Shown piece by piece: positions 31,739-45,516 of a DNA stretch of 64,000 nucleotides. The stretch covers positions 1,215,297 through 1,279,296 of the forward strand of contig JAWQFM010000019.1 of the NCBI GenBank assembly GCA_033442325.1, written 5' to 3'. The position numbers were made by a program, and so were the translations under genes. The notes beneath the pieces were generated by a model. That model ran no database searches. It was not told the origin of the DNA and saw nothing but the letters and a program-made list of their open reading frames with translations. The first letter of the stretch is position 1. Each line of letters begins with the position of its first letter. The stretch comes from Salpingoeca rosetta (lineage: Eukaryota > Protista > Choanoflagellata).

Positions 31739-31893
31739 CTTGGTTGGCAGTGGCAGTCCGCCGTCCGATCAATCCAAACAAACGTGCACGACAGCACAAA
31801 GTGCATTTCACAACGTTCGCCCCCGCAGGACTTGTTTTTGTCGGCTGGCGAGCAGCGACACGCACAACGCACAACACGCACGGGACGGTGGTG

Positions 31894-34218
31894 ATGAGTG
31901 GACGACAACCGCGACCACCACCACCACGAGGGAGAAACGGTGGGAAGGAGGAGGGGAAGGATGGAACAAAGGCAGGGTTAGTGCGGTTCCAGGCCTTGCC
32001 AGCGGGCATGTCTGTGGTTGACCCGGCATGGGAGACGATTGACCCCACCCCAAACATCCACGAGCTGTTTCTCATGTTCAACAAGCTGTTCTTCTTCGGC
32101 GTGCTGGCGGGCATTGAGGTGAAATGGAGCAAGCGCATGACGCTATGCGCCGGCCTCTGCGTGTACGACGGGCAGCTCGTCTCCGTGCGCCTCTCCGAGG
32201 TAAAGCAGTGCGTGCCTGTCAGCGTGTGTGTATGGAAATGTGTGTGTGTGTGTGTGTGGTTAGCGTACAAGAGGGCTTTGGCGTTGCTTGTACAGGGCAC
32301 TCGTGAACGCTGACACACGCACGCGTACACATATGCATACACACATGCATACACACACAATGCGTGTATGTTTCGTGTCCACTGCGTCGCGTTACTTGCG
32401 ATACAGCCGCTGTTGAAGCTGAGACCAAGGTCTGACCTCGTCAACACCTTGTTGCACGAAATGATACACGGTATGCACGGCCCTGCTGTTGATACAAGCG
32501 ACCACTCGCTTCATTGCTGCATTGTTTGCGTGGCTTCGTGGCATCTTTGCAAGGACCACTTTCTCTCTTTTGCGCTTTCTCGTTTGGGCTGACGTGCGCC
32601 CTCTCTCTGCTCGCGTTTTCACTGAGTCAGCCTTCCTGTTCCTGCGCGAGCGTAACCGCGACCACGACGCCCACGGCCCAAACTTTCTCTCTCACATGAA
32701 GGTCTGTCAATGCAGTGTGCTTTATGCGCACGCGTGTGTGTCTGTGTGTGTCTGTGTGTGTGTCTGTGTGTGTACGTCCTGTGTGTCTGCGTCTGTGTGT
32801 CTGCGTCTCTCTTTTTATCTCTCTCTCTCTCTCTGTGCTGCATCAGCTGCGGGTGCCTCATGTGTGCATGTTATCTGCGCATGTGTGTGCTGTCAGTGTT
32901 GTCCTCACCCGTTTCTTCGCCACACCACTGCACCACGCTGCTGCTGCCGCTGCTGCTGCTTAGCGGATCAACGATGCGAGCGGCTCAAGCATCACGGTGT
33001 ATCACAGCTTCCACGACGAGGTCGACATGTATCGCACGCACTGGTGGAAGTGCGATGGCCCCTGTGCCCGCAAGCCGCCGTACTTTGGATTGGTCAAGCG
33101 CGCAATGAACCGCGCCCCATCTCCGCGCGACCCGTGGTGGAGCCAGCACCAGCGCCAGTGCGGTGGAACATACACAAAGGTGGGTGCATGTGTGTGTGTG
33201 TGTTGGATACATGTGTGCGTGTGTTTGTGTGTGTGTGTGTGTGTGGTTATTCACCAAACATAGGTGTGAACTTACGTTCCCTGTCTTCATGTTGTTTCCC
33301 AGTCTGCCCTCGGCCTTGTCTCCCTCCCTGTCCCTCCCGCCACAATCTCACGCTGGCCCAATTTCGCAGGTCCGTGAGCCCGAGGGATACGGCCAGAAGA
33401 AGAGGAAGAAGGCGAAGAAAGGCGACGATGGCGACGACGGCGCGAAACGAAAGCGAGACACGAATCAGCCGGCACTCGATCGCTTCCTCAAGGTGCGCAG
33501 TGCGTGTGTGCGTGTGTGCGTGTGTGCGTGTGCACGTGTGCACGTGCGTGCGTGCGTGTGCGTGCATGTGTGCATGTGCATGTGTGTGTGCTGGCTGCTG
33601 ACGTGCTGTCTGCCACGCTGCTCACAGGCAAAACGAGAGCCCCAGTCGCAATCGTCATCGCAACAATCGTCCTCATCAAAATCAGCAGCAACAACAACAG
33701 CAACAACAACAGCGACAACAACAACAACAACAGCAACAGCAGCAATATCTTCATCCTCGTCCTCATCATCGTCACACGTGCTGACGAAAAGCGAAGAGGA
33801 AGTGCTGCTGGCCACGCTGTTTGGTGCGGACACCAGAGCACGCGCACACACCAGCGGTAGCACAACAACACCACCAGCCCCAACAACAACCGCACGAATA
33901 TCATCAACAACAACATCAACAACAACAACTGCGGGTGCACAGGGTGCAGTGGGGTGGAGGATAACAGAAGAGATTAAGGAGGAAGAGGAGGACAGAATAA
34001 TAGTATTAGACGATGACGACGATGATGGAGAGAGTAGTGGTTACAGTGCAAATGCTGGTGATCTCACACGAGACCACATCAACGATGGGCACAGCATGCC
34101 GCATGCATCGACATCATCACCACCACCAGCAGCAACAGGGCGGGTTGTGTGCCCGGCGTGTGGTTGCGAGTGCACAGAGGCCACCATCAATGCACATCTC
34201 GACACGTGCTTGGCATGA
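31894..34218 (+). CDS. SPRTN: SprT-like DNA-dependent metalloprotease Spartan (DVC1)
   Basis: WETIDPTPNIHELF, VKWSKRMTLCAGLC, TLLHEMIHA (HExxH), HGPNF, HWWKCDGPC...HQRQCGGTYTK zinc-binding region, PIP-like QPALDRFL, C-terminal UBZ4 CPAC...INAHLDTCL. Six in-frame exons. Confidence 0.95.
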
Positions 34219-34405
34219 ATCTTATTGAAGATGTGTGTGTGCGTGGGGGCGTATTAATTGTGTGTGTAAATGTGTGCGTGTGTGTGTGTCGGTACACCTG
34301 ACTTGCACAGCAAAGATCACGGTTGTCAATATACTCTTTGCAAACGAACCCACCAGTCATGTCAACCTGACAGATAGGCAGACAGACAGACAGACAGACA
34401 GACAT

Positions 34406-34459
<54 letters not shown>

Positions 34460-34472
34460 CGTCGGCTTTTGC

Positions 34473-35188
34473 TCAGGAGAATTTGACGTTGGAAAAGTCC
34501 ATCTCAGGGTTGGCCTTCTTGATTCTGGTGGCGATGTTGCGTGGTGGCGATGGTGGTGAGGACGGAGGACGCGCAGTTGTTTGGTGGAGGGGCAGACAAG
34601 AGGACAAACAGACAGGATGTGCACACAACACACAGACACAGACACAGACATACACGTACAGACACACAAAAACACACATACATCGACAAACACACATGCG
34701 CCGCCACCACCACCACCACCACCGCCGCTAACAACAAAACGGCAGTGTTTACTTTTCGAGGATGTCCAGCTTCTTCTGCTCGTCGGACGTGGGTTTGCCC
34801 ATCTCCTTCTGCCGCTGGTCAAACATCATCTTCTCAACCATGCCACGCGTCTCGTCGTCAAGGTCTGACAGCTTCGAGTTCTCCGGCTGCACCTTGCGCG
34901 TGTTGATCTCGGGCTCGCCCACAACCACGTGCGGCCACCACTCCATCTGGTTCACCTGTTGTGGTGGGGATCAGGGGCGTGTTGTGTTGTGGGCGAGTGA
35001 GTTGGCGATGTGTGGAAACACACGAAGGTGGCAAGCAGACGAAGGTGACACATAACAAGGCAGCCGTGGTGCAAACGAGCGAAGCTCCGATGCACACACA
35101 CACAAACACATACATGAACACACAGACACACACATACAGGCACAGACACACAGACACACACACACACAGACACACACACACACACACA

Positions 35189-35249
<61 letters not shown>

Positions 35250-36910
35250 CACCTTCTCGAGCTGGACGGTGATGGTGTTGTTGTCGAGGACCCACGTGCT
35301 CTCGTCCGGGTGGATTGGGTGCGGCAGCTTGCCAGACAGAATTGGCGGCTGGTTCTTCAGCCCAATGCTCAGCGACTTGGTCGTGGTCGTGTGGTGATGA
35401 CGGTGGTAATTGTTGTGATGGCGGTGATGATGACAGCGGTGCGCAGGTGAAAGATGCACGTGTGAGGATGGACGGTGTGCTCAGGCGTCAGGCGCCACCC
35501 GGACAGCAAGCAACCAAACATTACGTGTGTTCAGAGTACATGGGGGTGCGCGTGTGGTGTGGTGTGGGCTCACGTTCTTCTTGATGTCGACGACGCAATC
35601 GCGGCCCTTCACCCTGAAATCAACCTTCAGCGGCACCCGCACCTGTCGTGGTGGTGGTGGTGGTGGTGGTGGTGGTGGTGGTGGCACTGAGTAAGCAACA
35701 TGATACATAGATGCAGGCGGGTTGAGGACGGGCGACACACACACACACACATATGCTCACCCATGTGCAAATACACGTTCATTCGCATGCACACCTCGAG
35801 GTCCTGGAGGGTCTGGATCCAGGAGTAGTTTGGGAGGTTCGCACCGTTGCCCGTGTTTGGGCGGAGCTTTCCGTTGGGCTGCTTGTTGCCATCGCCATCC
35901 TTGAGAATGGGGGGGGGGGGAGGAGACCGGAACACATTCAAGTCATGTGAGCGACAAGGTGCTTGCAGTAAACATGTGCAATAGCATAGATGAAGAGCCA
36001 CAGACACACAGACACTGTCGCAGGTGTAAGCACAAGTGGAGAGTCAAACACAGACACACAGACGCACACAGACACAGACACAGACACAGACACAGACACA
36101 GACACAGACACAGACACAGACACACACACACACAAAAGGCCCCCCATGCTACACGCTCCCAGCACCACCTCGTCGCCCGAGTCCTCAGCAGAGAGGTCGT
36201 CTGGGTTTGCTGCGTTGGGCAGCGGCGTGGCCGTGGACTTGCTCTTCTTCGCCGCACTCGACGCATCTGCAGCCTTGGCCTCGCTGCTACTGCTGGTGGC
36301 TGGCTGCTTCTTCGTGTGCTGCTTCTTGTCCTCCTTCTTCTTCAGCTGCTGCTCCAGCTTGGCTGCTTGCTCGTCCGTCAGCTCCTGGATCTTGGAGCTG
36401 CACGAAGACGCAAGGTGTGGTGCCGTGGGCATGGCTTGCGTGATTCAGTGTGCGTTTGTGTTCACTGACGTACCGACCAACACTGCACAGCAGGGTGAAA
36501 ACCGATTTTTGCACCCCCATGTGCGAGCTCACTTTCTCCACTGTCACACTTTTTGCGCAGACACATGCGAACACATTGCCCTCAAATACACACACGTGTG
36601 AATGCATCGTTCCCTCCCTCCGGCCCACACTTCGCACAGACGCACCCGTCGTCAGGCAGGACAACCTCTTCCTCCTCTGCGTCGTCTTCTTCCTCCTGCT
36701 GCTTTTCCTTTTTCTTCTGCTCTGCAATCTTGCTGTACTTTTCAAACTTGGACATGACCAGCTGCATGTGACAGTGGACGTGGCGGACCTTGTGTGAGCA
36801 AGCGGCATTCAGTGGCAAGACCATGTCGGCTTGCAAGCGGGGCTGCAAGCGCGATGCTGTCTTCAGCACCGTCCCTTTCCGCAGATGCACACACACACAC
36901 ACACACACAC

Positions 36911-36959
<49 letters not shown>

Positions 36960-37440
36960 ACACACACACATACACACACACGCACGCATGCACGCACACA
37001 AACGCACAACCATGCACATGAACATGCCTGTTTTGCGTGCTCCTTGGACGCGCCAGTGAAGAAGTCTGTCTTGCGAAGCAGGAAGCTGAAGTAGACGTCC
37101 AACAGCTGAAGCAAACAGAGTGCAGGCAACGAGCCAGGCGAGTTGAAGGTGGGATGTACACAAAGCAGAGGTGCGGGGAAGAGGGAAGAGCTTGAGACAC
37201 GGAGACACGCTCAAACATACAGCCGCACACACAGACACAGACACATACAGACCACACACACACACACACACACACAGACACATACAGACCACACACACAC
37301 ACACACAGACACACAGACACATACAGACCACACAGACACACACAAACACATACAGACACAGACATACGTACTTGGTCGATGCCCCCTTCCATCTGCTGAG
37401 CCATGCTCAACAGCAGGCCATCAAAGCGCTCCTCAGCCAT
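34473..37440 (-). CDS. NUDC: Nuclear migration protein NudC
   Basis: [54 protein letters not shown] domain, [42 protein letters not shown]. Confidence 0.96.
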
Positions 37441-37968
37441 GGTTGCTTGCTTGGTGCGTTGTCGTTCTTCCTTCCACTCACTCACAGCAGCTCTTCCTGG
37501 TGGTTCTTTCGGTGCGGTTCTTTCGCAAATTGTCCAGACTTTGTTTTACCCACCTCGTTTGGTTTAATTTATTTTGCCATTTGGTGTTTGGTCAGGGAGG
37601 AGCTGTTTCGAACATTCAAGGCACAGGCCCGATTCTCTCAAGGCATGCATGACTTTATGTCGTCAGCCACACTGCATTCCAACGTGCTGCACCACCACAA
37701 CAGTCATGCTCACACATCGCCTGACCATGCCCTGACTGACGACGGGCTGTCTGTTACGTGCTGCTGCGCACTTGTTGTTTGTTTGTTGTTTGGTCTTCTT
37801 CTTCTTCTTCTTCTTCTTCACTTCTTCGTTCGTTTCCCTCGCAGCAGCGCACAACCACAACCATTCTCTTCCATTGTTGATTGTGTTTGCGCGTGCGTGA
37901 GCTTCAATCAAAGCAAGCAAGGTACGGCGGGACGGTCTGGTGTCTTTTCGAGCGTGGTGTTGTCGTTG

Positions 37969-38049
<81 letters not shown>

Positions 38050-38325
38050 GTTCGTGCATACATACCCAAGACCACCCACCAACAAACAGACGACAAGCAG
38101 CAAGCACCAAACAACAACGAACGACAAGCGTCGTCTGTCGCATCCCACGAACGACAACGCAACCACAACCACAACCACAAGCACAAACTCACCGTTGCTT
38201 CCACACCTTCATTACATCCTCCCCCCCCCAACACACACACACGCAGACTTGTTGCGAGTGTTTGTATGGTGTGCTTTCTTTGCTCAGGGAATCCAAGTTC
38301 GCAGCAACAACACGGCACCGGGCGG

Positions 38326-41300
38326 ATGCTCGGAATCATCACATCACAAGCACGAATGAATATCGTGCTGGTACTGGGCGTGTTGCTCGCTACCCTGGCT
38401 GCCCCAGCCACTGGTGAATGCATCACCGTCTACAAGTACGATGACTTCTACTCCGGCAAATACGATGGCAGCGACGGCAATGTGAACTGGGGTGATAAGT
38501 GGTCGGAGCACGACACCCTCAATGGCGGCTACTCTTCTGGCCAAGCCTACGTGGCCAACGAGCATCTCGTCCTCTCCAACCCCGGCCTGGAAACAGATCC
38601 ATCCCGGCTGCCATATGTGCACCGGCGTGTGGACCTGTCAACATGGACACAAGGCACGGTCTACCTTGGGCTTCGCTACAGCTTTTATGGTTTGGTTGAA
38701 AGCCACGACGTCATCAACGTGGAGATCTCTGCAGATGACGGCAAGACATACGAGGTGTTTACTGTCATTACGGGCGCCACTGGAAGCACGACAACGCTCT
38801 TCGCAGACGTGCTCGACAGCAAGTATCTGACGTCACACACGCGGCTGCGCGTACGCATGGTGCAAGAGTTTCTGGGAAACCAGGAAGCCATTTTCATCTA
38901 CGAGATTGGTTTCGCATACACAACATGTGATACAACAACAACCACTACCACCACAACCACAACTACCACGACCACGACTACCACAACTACCACAACTACC
39001 ACAACTACCACCACAACCACAACTACCACCACAACCACAACTACCACAACTACCACAACTACCACAACCACGACCACCACAACAACGACCACCACAACAA
39101 CAACCACAACCACGACCACCACAACAACAACCACAACCACAACTACCACAACTACCACCACAACTACCACCACCACAACTACCACAACTACCACCACAAC
39201 TACCACCACGACCACAACGACAACTACCACCACGACAACTACCACGACAACTACCACCACAACTACCACCACCACTACCACGACCACAACAACAACCACA
39301 ACAACGACCACAACAACAACGACAACCACAACCACAACTACAACAACAACGACCACACCGTCCTGCGCATCGCATCGGTGTGCGCAGGGCGGCACTTGCG
39401 TGGAGCTGGAGACAGGCCTCGCCTGCATCTGCCCAGCCGGCTACTTTGGGTCGTCGTGCCAGTGCACCATCGGTGTCGACGAGGAGGAGGAATGCAACGA
39501 CCTGCCGTCGTGTTCACCGTCGCCGTGCAAGAACGGCGGCGTGTGCGTCATCGACACTCTTGCCCGTAGCGCTCGGTCCCTCGACCCCATCACAGGCACT
39601 TTGACCGATACCACCCTCCGCACCACCACCCCGACATCCACAAAGACAGGGAAGGTGGCAGCAACCACAGCGTCTCCCATTTCCCTCCCTGACAGGTTCA
39701 CGTGCCAGTGTCCTGATGGGCTCACGGGCAGCACGTGCGCAGATGATGTGGACGAGTGCGCACGCGCAGACAGCGCTGGCATCAGCCTGTGCGGGGACCA
39801 CGGCACCTGCACCAACACCTTTGGCGGATACACATGCACGTGCACGGTCGGTTTCGCGGGCGACCACTGTGACGAGGACATCAACGAGTGCGAGGTGGGT
39901 GCGCTGCTGGTGCAGTTCACAGATACCAACACGCTCATCGATGGTGCCGAGCTCCTCCTGTCGTCCACCTTCACCTCCGCCACCACGACCACCACAACCA
40001 CCACGCGTCTGGCGGCGTGCGACAACGGCGGCGTCTGCACCAACACCATCGGCGGATTCACGTGCGAGTGCCCGCCCAACACGCTCGGCACCCGCTGCGA
40101 GCTCACGTTGGCGTGCTCCACCCTGCCCGACCCCTTCATCATCAGCGATGCGCGCACCCTGGCCCTGTTTGCGAACCTGGCGTGTGTCGACGTGCTTGGA
40201 GGCCTCATCATCCGCGACATTGACGCGTCGCAGCTCGACCTCGCCTCTGCGCTCGCGTCCCTGCGTGTGGTGGAGAAGTACCTGGTCGTTGAGGACGTGA
40301 GCAACCTCGATCTTGCCGCGTTGCAGCACATCACCGCCATCGCCACCACGCCGCTCGCATCCGACAGGTTTGCAGACACCTTTGGACTCGTGCTGCGTTC
40401 CAACGCCAACATGACGGCATCGACAGCGCTTCCACTCCACGACCTCGTCGCTCTTGTGCAAAACGGCGACATCGATATCACGGACAACGCCGACTTCTGC
40501 CTGCAGGCTGAGCAGCAGCTGACCCCGGCCAACACCACCGCCCCCTACTGGTGGGCGGTGGAGCCGCGCCTCACGCTGCAGACCGCACCATCGTGCCCGT
40601 CGTGCTTCCTCCACAACGCCACCCTCTCCCAGGACGTTGCTGGCCTCGGCAGTGCTGGCGATGGCGTGTGCGCCTCCCAGTGCACGGATTGCCCGCAGGT
40701 GTGCACGCTGGAGGAGCCCATCACCACCACCACCGCTGCCCGCGCGCTGCTGGAGCGCGACTGCAGCATCATCCAGGGCGACCTCATTGTCACCGACCTC
40801 TCGTCCGGCGCCCTCGCCGTGCTCACCGATGCGCTGGCGTCTGTCACCGCCGTCACGGGCGACGTGGTCGTCGATGGCGTGCGCAGCCTCACCACCCTCG
40901 ACGCCTTGCTCCCGGAACTCGAATCTGCAGCCTCGCTCGTCATCACCAACAACCCCAACCTCATCTCCATCAGCCTGCCGAACCTGCAGACACAGCACGG
41001 CACGACGCAGGCGAACAACCCGAGCCTTGTCCTCGACGGCGAAGGTGGAGGCAGCGGTGGCGATGCGGCATCAACCACCATCACCACCCTGCGCACGGAG
41101 GTCACATTTGACCTGACCCTGGAGGAGTTGAAGCTGGTGACACGCGCCGACCCGGGCGTGCTGCAGTCGTACCTCATGGACGCGTACACGCGCGTCGTCA
41201 GCACCAACCCAGACCTCAGCGCGCTGTTTTCGCTCCTTAACGAGACGACGGTGGGCTTCTCCGTGGACCACCAGGGCCAGCAGGTGGCGGTGGTGGTCGA

Positions 41301-44300
41301 GGCGGAGGCGTCTGTCGCTGCGGTCCAGCTCGCCACGGAGCAGATCAACGCGTACGGCGCCGCCAACCTCCTCTCCGGTGCGTTTGACCAGAACAGCAGG
41401 ACCGACCTTGAGGTGACCACGAATCCGTCCAACGGCATGGGGCTCAGGCTTCGCCTCCTCCCGCCGGTTGTCCGGCCCTTCTCCACGGAACTGCGTTGGC
41501 GCGGCCCCACATCACCCGGCACCAACACCTCCGATGTCACAACCACAAACGTCGTCTTTGTTCGTCCAGACGCTGACCGCCTGGCTCGAACCATCCTCCA
41601 CCTCAACAGCGGTAACGGCAATGCTCACGCTGGGTCCTCCTCCTCCTCCTCCTCCTCGTCGTCGTCGTCGTCATTATCATCACGTGTTGGCATCACAACC
41701 TCGGCAGAGTCATTGGGTATTGCACAAGAGCTTCGAGAGCTCTACGCCTGGCTCAACACCAACCTCGGCGCATCTGTTGCCATCACCCACTCGAATTTTG
41801 TCGCACTGCTGCAAACGCTGCTGCCATGGCAGTCCGTCCCCGTCGACGGCAACCACGCCTTCATCCGGGCCTGCTCATCCTCCTCATCGTCGTCATCATC
41901 GACCACAACGTCCTCCGTGTTGTTTGCCACTTCCGATGACGACGACCAGTCTGGCGGCAGTGGCGTGTGCATGCTGCGGGGCGTCCCTTACGAGATCAAG
42001 CTGCTCGCGTACGTGCACGCTGGTGACGTCGCCAGCCCTGTTGTCGAGAGCAACATCGTGTCTGCAACCCTGCCCCTCGCCAGCCCAGACCACCTGCGCG
42101 TGCACTCCCGTGTGCAGCAGTCGAGCGGCACCAGCATCGACCTTGGCTGGGACACGGACGTGCCCCACGACAACGTGCTGGTGCAGCTGTATGCACCGAG
42201 CCGCGCATACCAGGCGGCGCGCGATGACCCAGAGAACGCCCCGTTCGACACAGAGCTGCTGGCACCATCTTCATCGTCAGCATCATCGTCGTCATCGCGA
42301 TCAGCCGCGCGCGAGTGGCTCGTGCCCAGCACCGCAGCCAAGAACATCACCGTTGGCGGGTGCATCACTGCCCTTCGCTTCGGCACAGACTCGTCCTCAT
42401 CCTCCAACTCGCAGCTGGTGCAGCACTGCGTGAAGCCGTTTGAGCTGTACCTTGTCTCTGTTCGTCTCATCGGCGGCATTGTGCCCACGGAGCGGTCGCT
42501 CTCGTACGTGCGCACCCCACCCGCTGCCCCCTCGTCCCCTCTTCGGTCCGTGCAGACGTCCGCCCTCACTGCCACCAGCATCAGCATCCGCGGCCAGATC
42601 CCGATTGAGGCCAACGGCATCGTGGAGGAGGTACTGGTGACGCTGGAGGAAGCGCGTGTGCCACGGCCGGACGATACCACCACCACCACCACCACTGCTG
42701 GCGATGATGGGGAGTGGACGCAGCTGTCTGCCCGCCGCATTCGCCTGGCCAACAGCGCGGCTGCACAGATCAATAACCCGGATGTGTTTGTGGACACGAC
42801 CATCGCTGACCTGCACCCACACCGCCGCTACAGGGCGCGCATTCACCCGGGCACAACAGCCGGATTTGCGTCCACGGCAATGGCGACTGCCCTGCACTTC
42901 CAAACCAACCCCGCACAGCCGCTGGCACCTGAGCGGCTTCGGGCGGTCGTGCACACGGGCTCAGTGCCTGCAGGCACCGTGGTGCTGACGGCGGCTTTGG
43001 AGATTGGCCCGAGTGCTGGTGCCAACGCAAACGCAGCGGGCGCACAACAGGCCACAACAACAGCGGCAGTCACGACCGGTTCCGATGAAGGGGCTGCGGA
43101 GATGGTGGTGGTCGAGGTGTCATGGGGAGAGCCCTCTGAGGACCTTGGCTTCTTGGAAGAGTATGAGGTGATCGTGAGCAGCAGCAACACCACAGCATCG
43201 GCAGTGTCTGCAACACCATCAGCATCAGAGGGTTCATCTGTGGTTGTGTATTCTGGCACAAACACGACCGTGTATGTGCGCATGCCGCTGGCGGCGGTGC
43301 TGAGCGTTCGCGGCCGCACGGCTGCTGGCTGGGGCGAGTACGCCGCCGCCGTGGCCCCGCAGGTCCCCTCCTCATCACAGGGCAACACCAGCACCACCAG
43401 CACCCTCATCCTTCCGCTTGCCATTGCCGGCTGCGGCGCCATGCTGATTGTTGTGCTCGGCGTCATTGCGCTCCGTCGCAAGGAGGTGCTGCTTGCGCGC
43501 CTGTACGGCTTCAAGCGGCCCGTGCCAGACGAGTACGAGATCCTGCGCGATCAGATTGAGACGACACGCATGGTGGACGCGGGTGCCTTTGGTGAGGTGT
43601 ACGCCGGCACGGGCACGGATCTCCTCGGCAGCAGTGTCCCGCGCAACGTGGCCGTGAAGATTTGCCAGGGATCGCACGTGACCACCAAGGCCAAACGCGC
43701 ATTCCTCAAGGAAATGCAGATCATGAAGACGGTGCGTCAGTGGTGTGTGTGTTGTGTATGTTGTGTGTTTTGTGTGTGTTATTGTGTGTGTGTGTTGTGT
43801 ATGTTGTGTGTTTTGTGTGTGTTATTGTGTGTGTGTTGTGTGTGTTGTGTGTGTGTGTGTGTGTGTGTGTCGCGGATCTTGCTCGCCTTCCGTTGGATGA
43901 CCATCGTGACTGGCCTTCTTCAATCTCTTTCCAATCACAGTTGACGTACCCGCGGCACCCGAATGTGCTTGGGTTGATGGGTCAAGTCACACAATCGGAG
44001 CCCCTGATGATGGTCACGGAACTCGTTGCTCGTGGCAACCTCCGCACTGTCCTCCACGACAACAAGTGAGGGCACAGCGTGCAATATGATGTGTGCTTGT
44101 GAGTACGTGTGTGTGCGTATTGTGTGAGTATGTATGACATGCGCTTGCTTTTGCATTGCTTGTTCAATGTTTGCACAGGTGCGTTGCGTGTAACTTCTTC
44201 AACTTGGTTTGCTGCTCGATCGCTCACGCCCTCTTTCGTCACCCCACCAGACCCGTGAAGAACAAGCCGTCCGTGCTCGCCCTGCACCGGCTGCTCGGGT

Positions 44301-45450
44301 TTGCGCGCGATGTTGCCAGCGGCATGAACCATCTCGTCGACAACAACATCGTCCACTGCGATTTGGCCGCCCGCAACTGCCTCGGTGAGTTGGTGTTTGT
44401 TCTGTTCTGCATTGCTTTGGTTGGACGCGTGGCGTGAGACAATACGCGTCACGGTGGCCCAAGCTGTTGTTTAAATTGTTGTTTTCATTGTTGTTGTTGT
44501 TGTATCCGCCTTGCATGTACGCACCAGCGCCTGCTCACCAACACGCGTACACCGCAACCCCATATCCTCCATGTCACCAGTGACTGCGACGTGGCACGTG
44601 AAGATCTGTGATTTCGGCCGCGCTTTCTGCACGGACGACGAGGCGCCAACAGCTGTTCACGACCGCTCTGTCATGCCCGTCCGCTGGATGCCACCCGAAG
44701 TGCTCACAGCAAACTTCTACACGCACGCCTCCGACGTCTGGAGCTTTGGCGTGACGTGCTTCGAAATGTTCTCGTATGCACAGGTATGCAGTCGTTCTTT
44801 CGTGTGTGTATGACGTAGTATGTGTGTGCGTGCGTGTGCGTGTGTGTGTATGACGTAGTGTGTACGTGTGTGTGTGTGTGTGTGTCGCGGTGGTATGCTG
44901 CTGTGTTTCTTCTTGTGCGCCTAGCCTGTTATTCCACAACACAATACCCCACTTTATGATCTTCACGTTTCTCACCACCACCTCATGCCTTCCTCGCTCT
45001 CTTCCTCCTTCATTGTAGACGCCCTATGCTGGCATGAGCAACGAGCAAGTGGAGCAACTTGTTGTGAACAGCGGCAAGAAGCTGGCACAGCCCAAGTTCT
45101 GTCCCGACGGCGCGTATGCCCTGATGCAGCAGACGTGGGCATACAAACCAAGCAATCGCCCCATCTTCGCTGTGCTTGCTGCGGGGTTCTCTGATTTGGA
45201 GACGCGGATGCGCCATGGCGGAAACGACGCGGATCTGGTGTGCAGCGCGGGCTTGGACGTCGTGTACAGCGGCAGCAACATGGGCACGCTGCTCTCGCGG
45301 CAGTCTGTGGGCACGGTGCAACGGCGGCTGTCACAGGACAGCATTTTGCAGGATTACTACGTGAACCAGTCGCTTGGCTTGGTGGACAACGTGGTGGTGC
45401 TGGAGCCAGATGGCCGTGATCCAATGACCAACGGCGATACCACGCTGTAG
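38326..45450 (+). CDS. Receptor tyrosine kinase: jelly-roll/Asp-box domain - poly-Thr - EGF x4 - two receptor-L-like domains - FN3 - TM - Tyr kinase
   Basis: Start at 38326 or 38356 (signal MNIVLVLGVLLATLAAPATG). Exons 38326-43731, 43941-44066, 44251-44384, 44581-44783, ~45019-45450. Kinase motifs AGAFGEVY, VAVK, FLKEM, HCDLAARN, KICDFG, MPVRWMPPE, SDVWSFGV; TM LILPLAIAGCGAMLIVVLGVIAL. Confidence 0.93.
38932..39357 (+). repeat. Coding (ACN)n repeat encoding ~142 consecutive Thr
   Basis: Uninterrupted ACA/ACC/ACT/ACG codons between ..TCD and PSC.. in the RTK exon. Confidence 0.95.
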
Positions 45451-45516
45451 TGTGTGTGTGTGTATGTGTGTATGTATTGCATGTATGTCTGGGTCTAAGG
45501 GATGCATTGAGTCATG

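Noticed and set aside
37171-38325. N-terminal extension of the 2257-aa ORF overlapping NudC
   Set aside because: It translates microsatellite and promoter DNA (HTHTHT); the signal peptide starts at 38326 or 38356.
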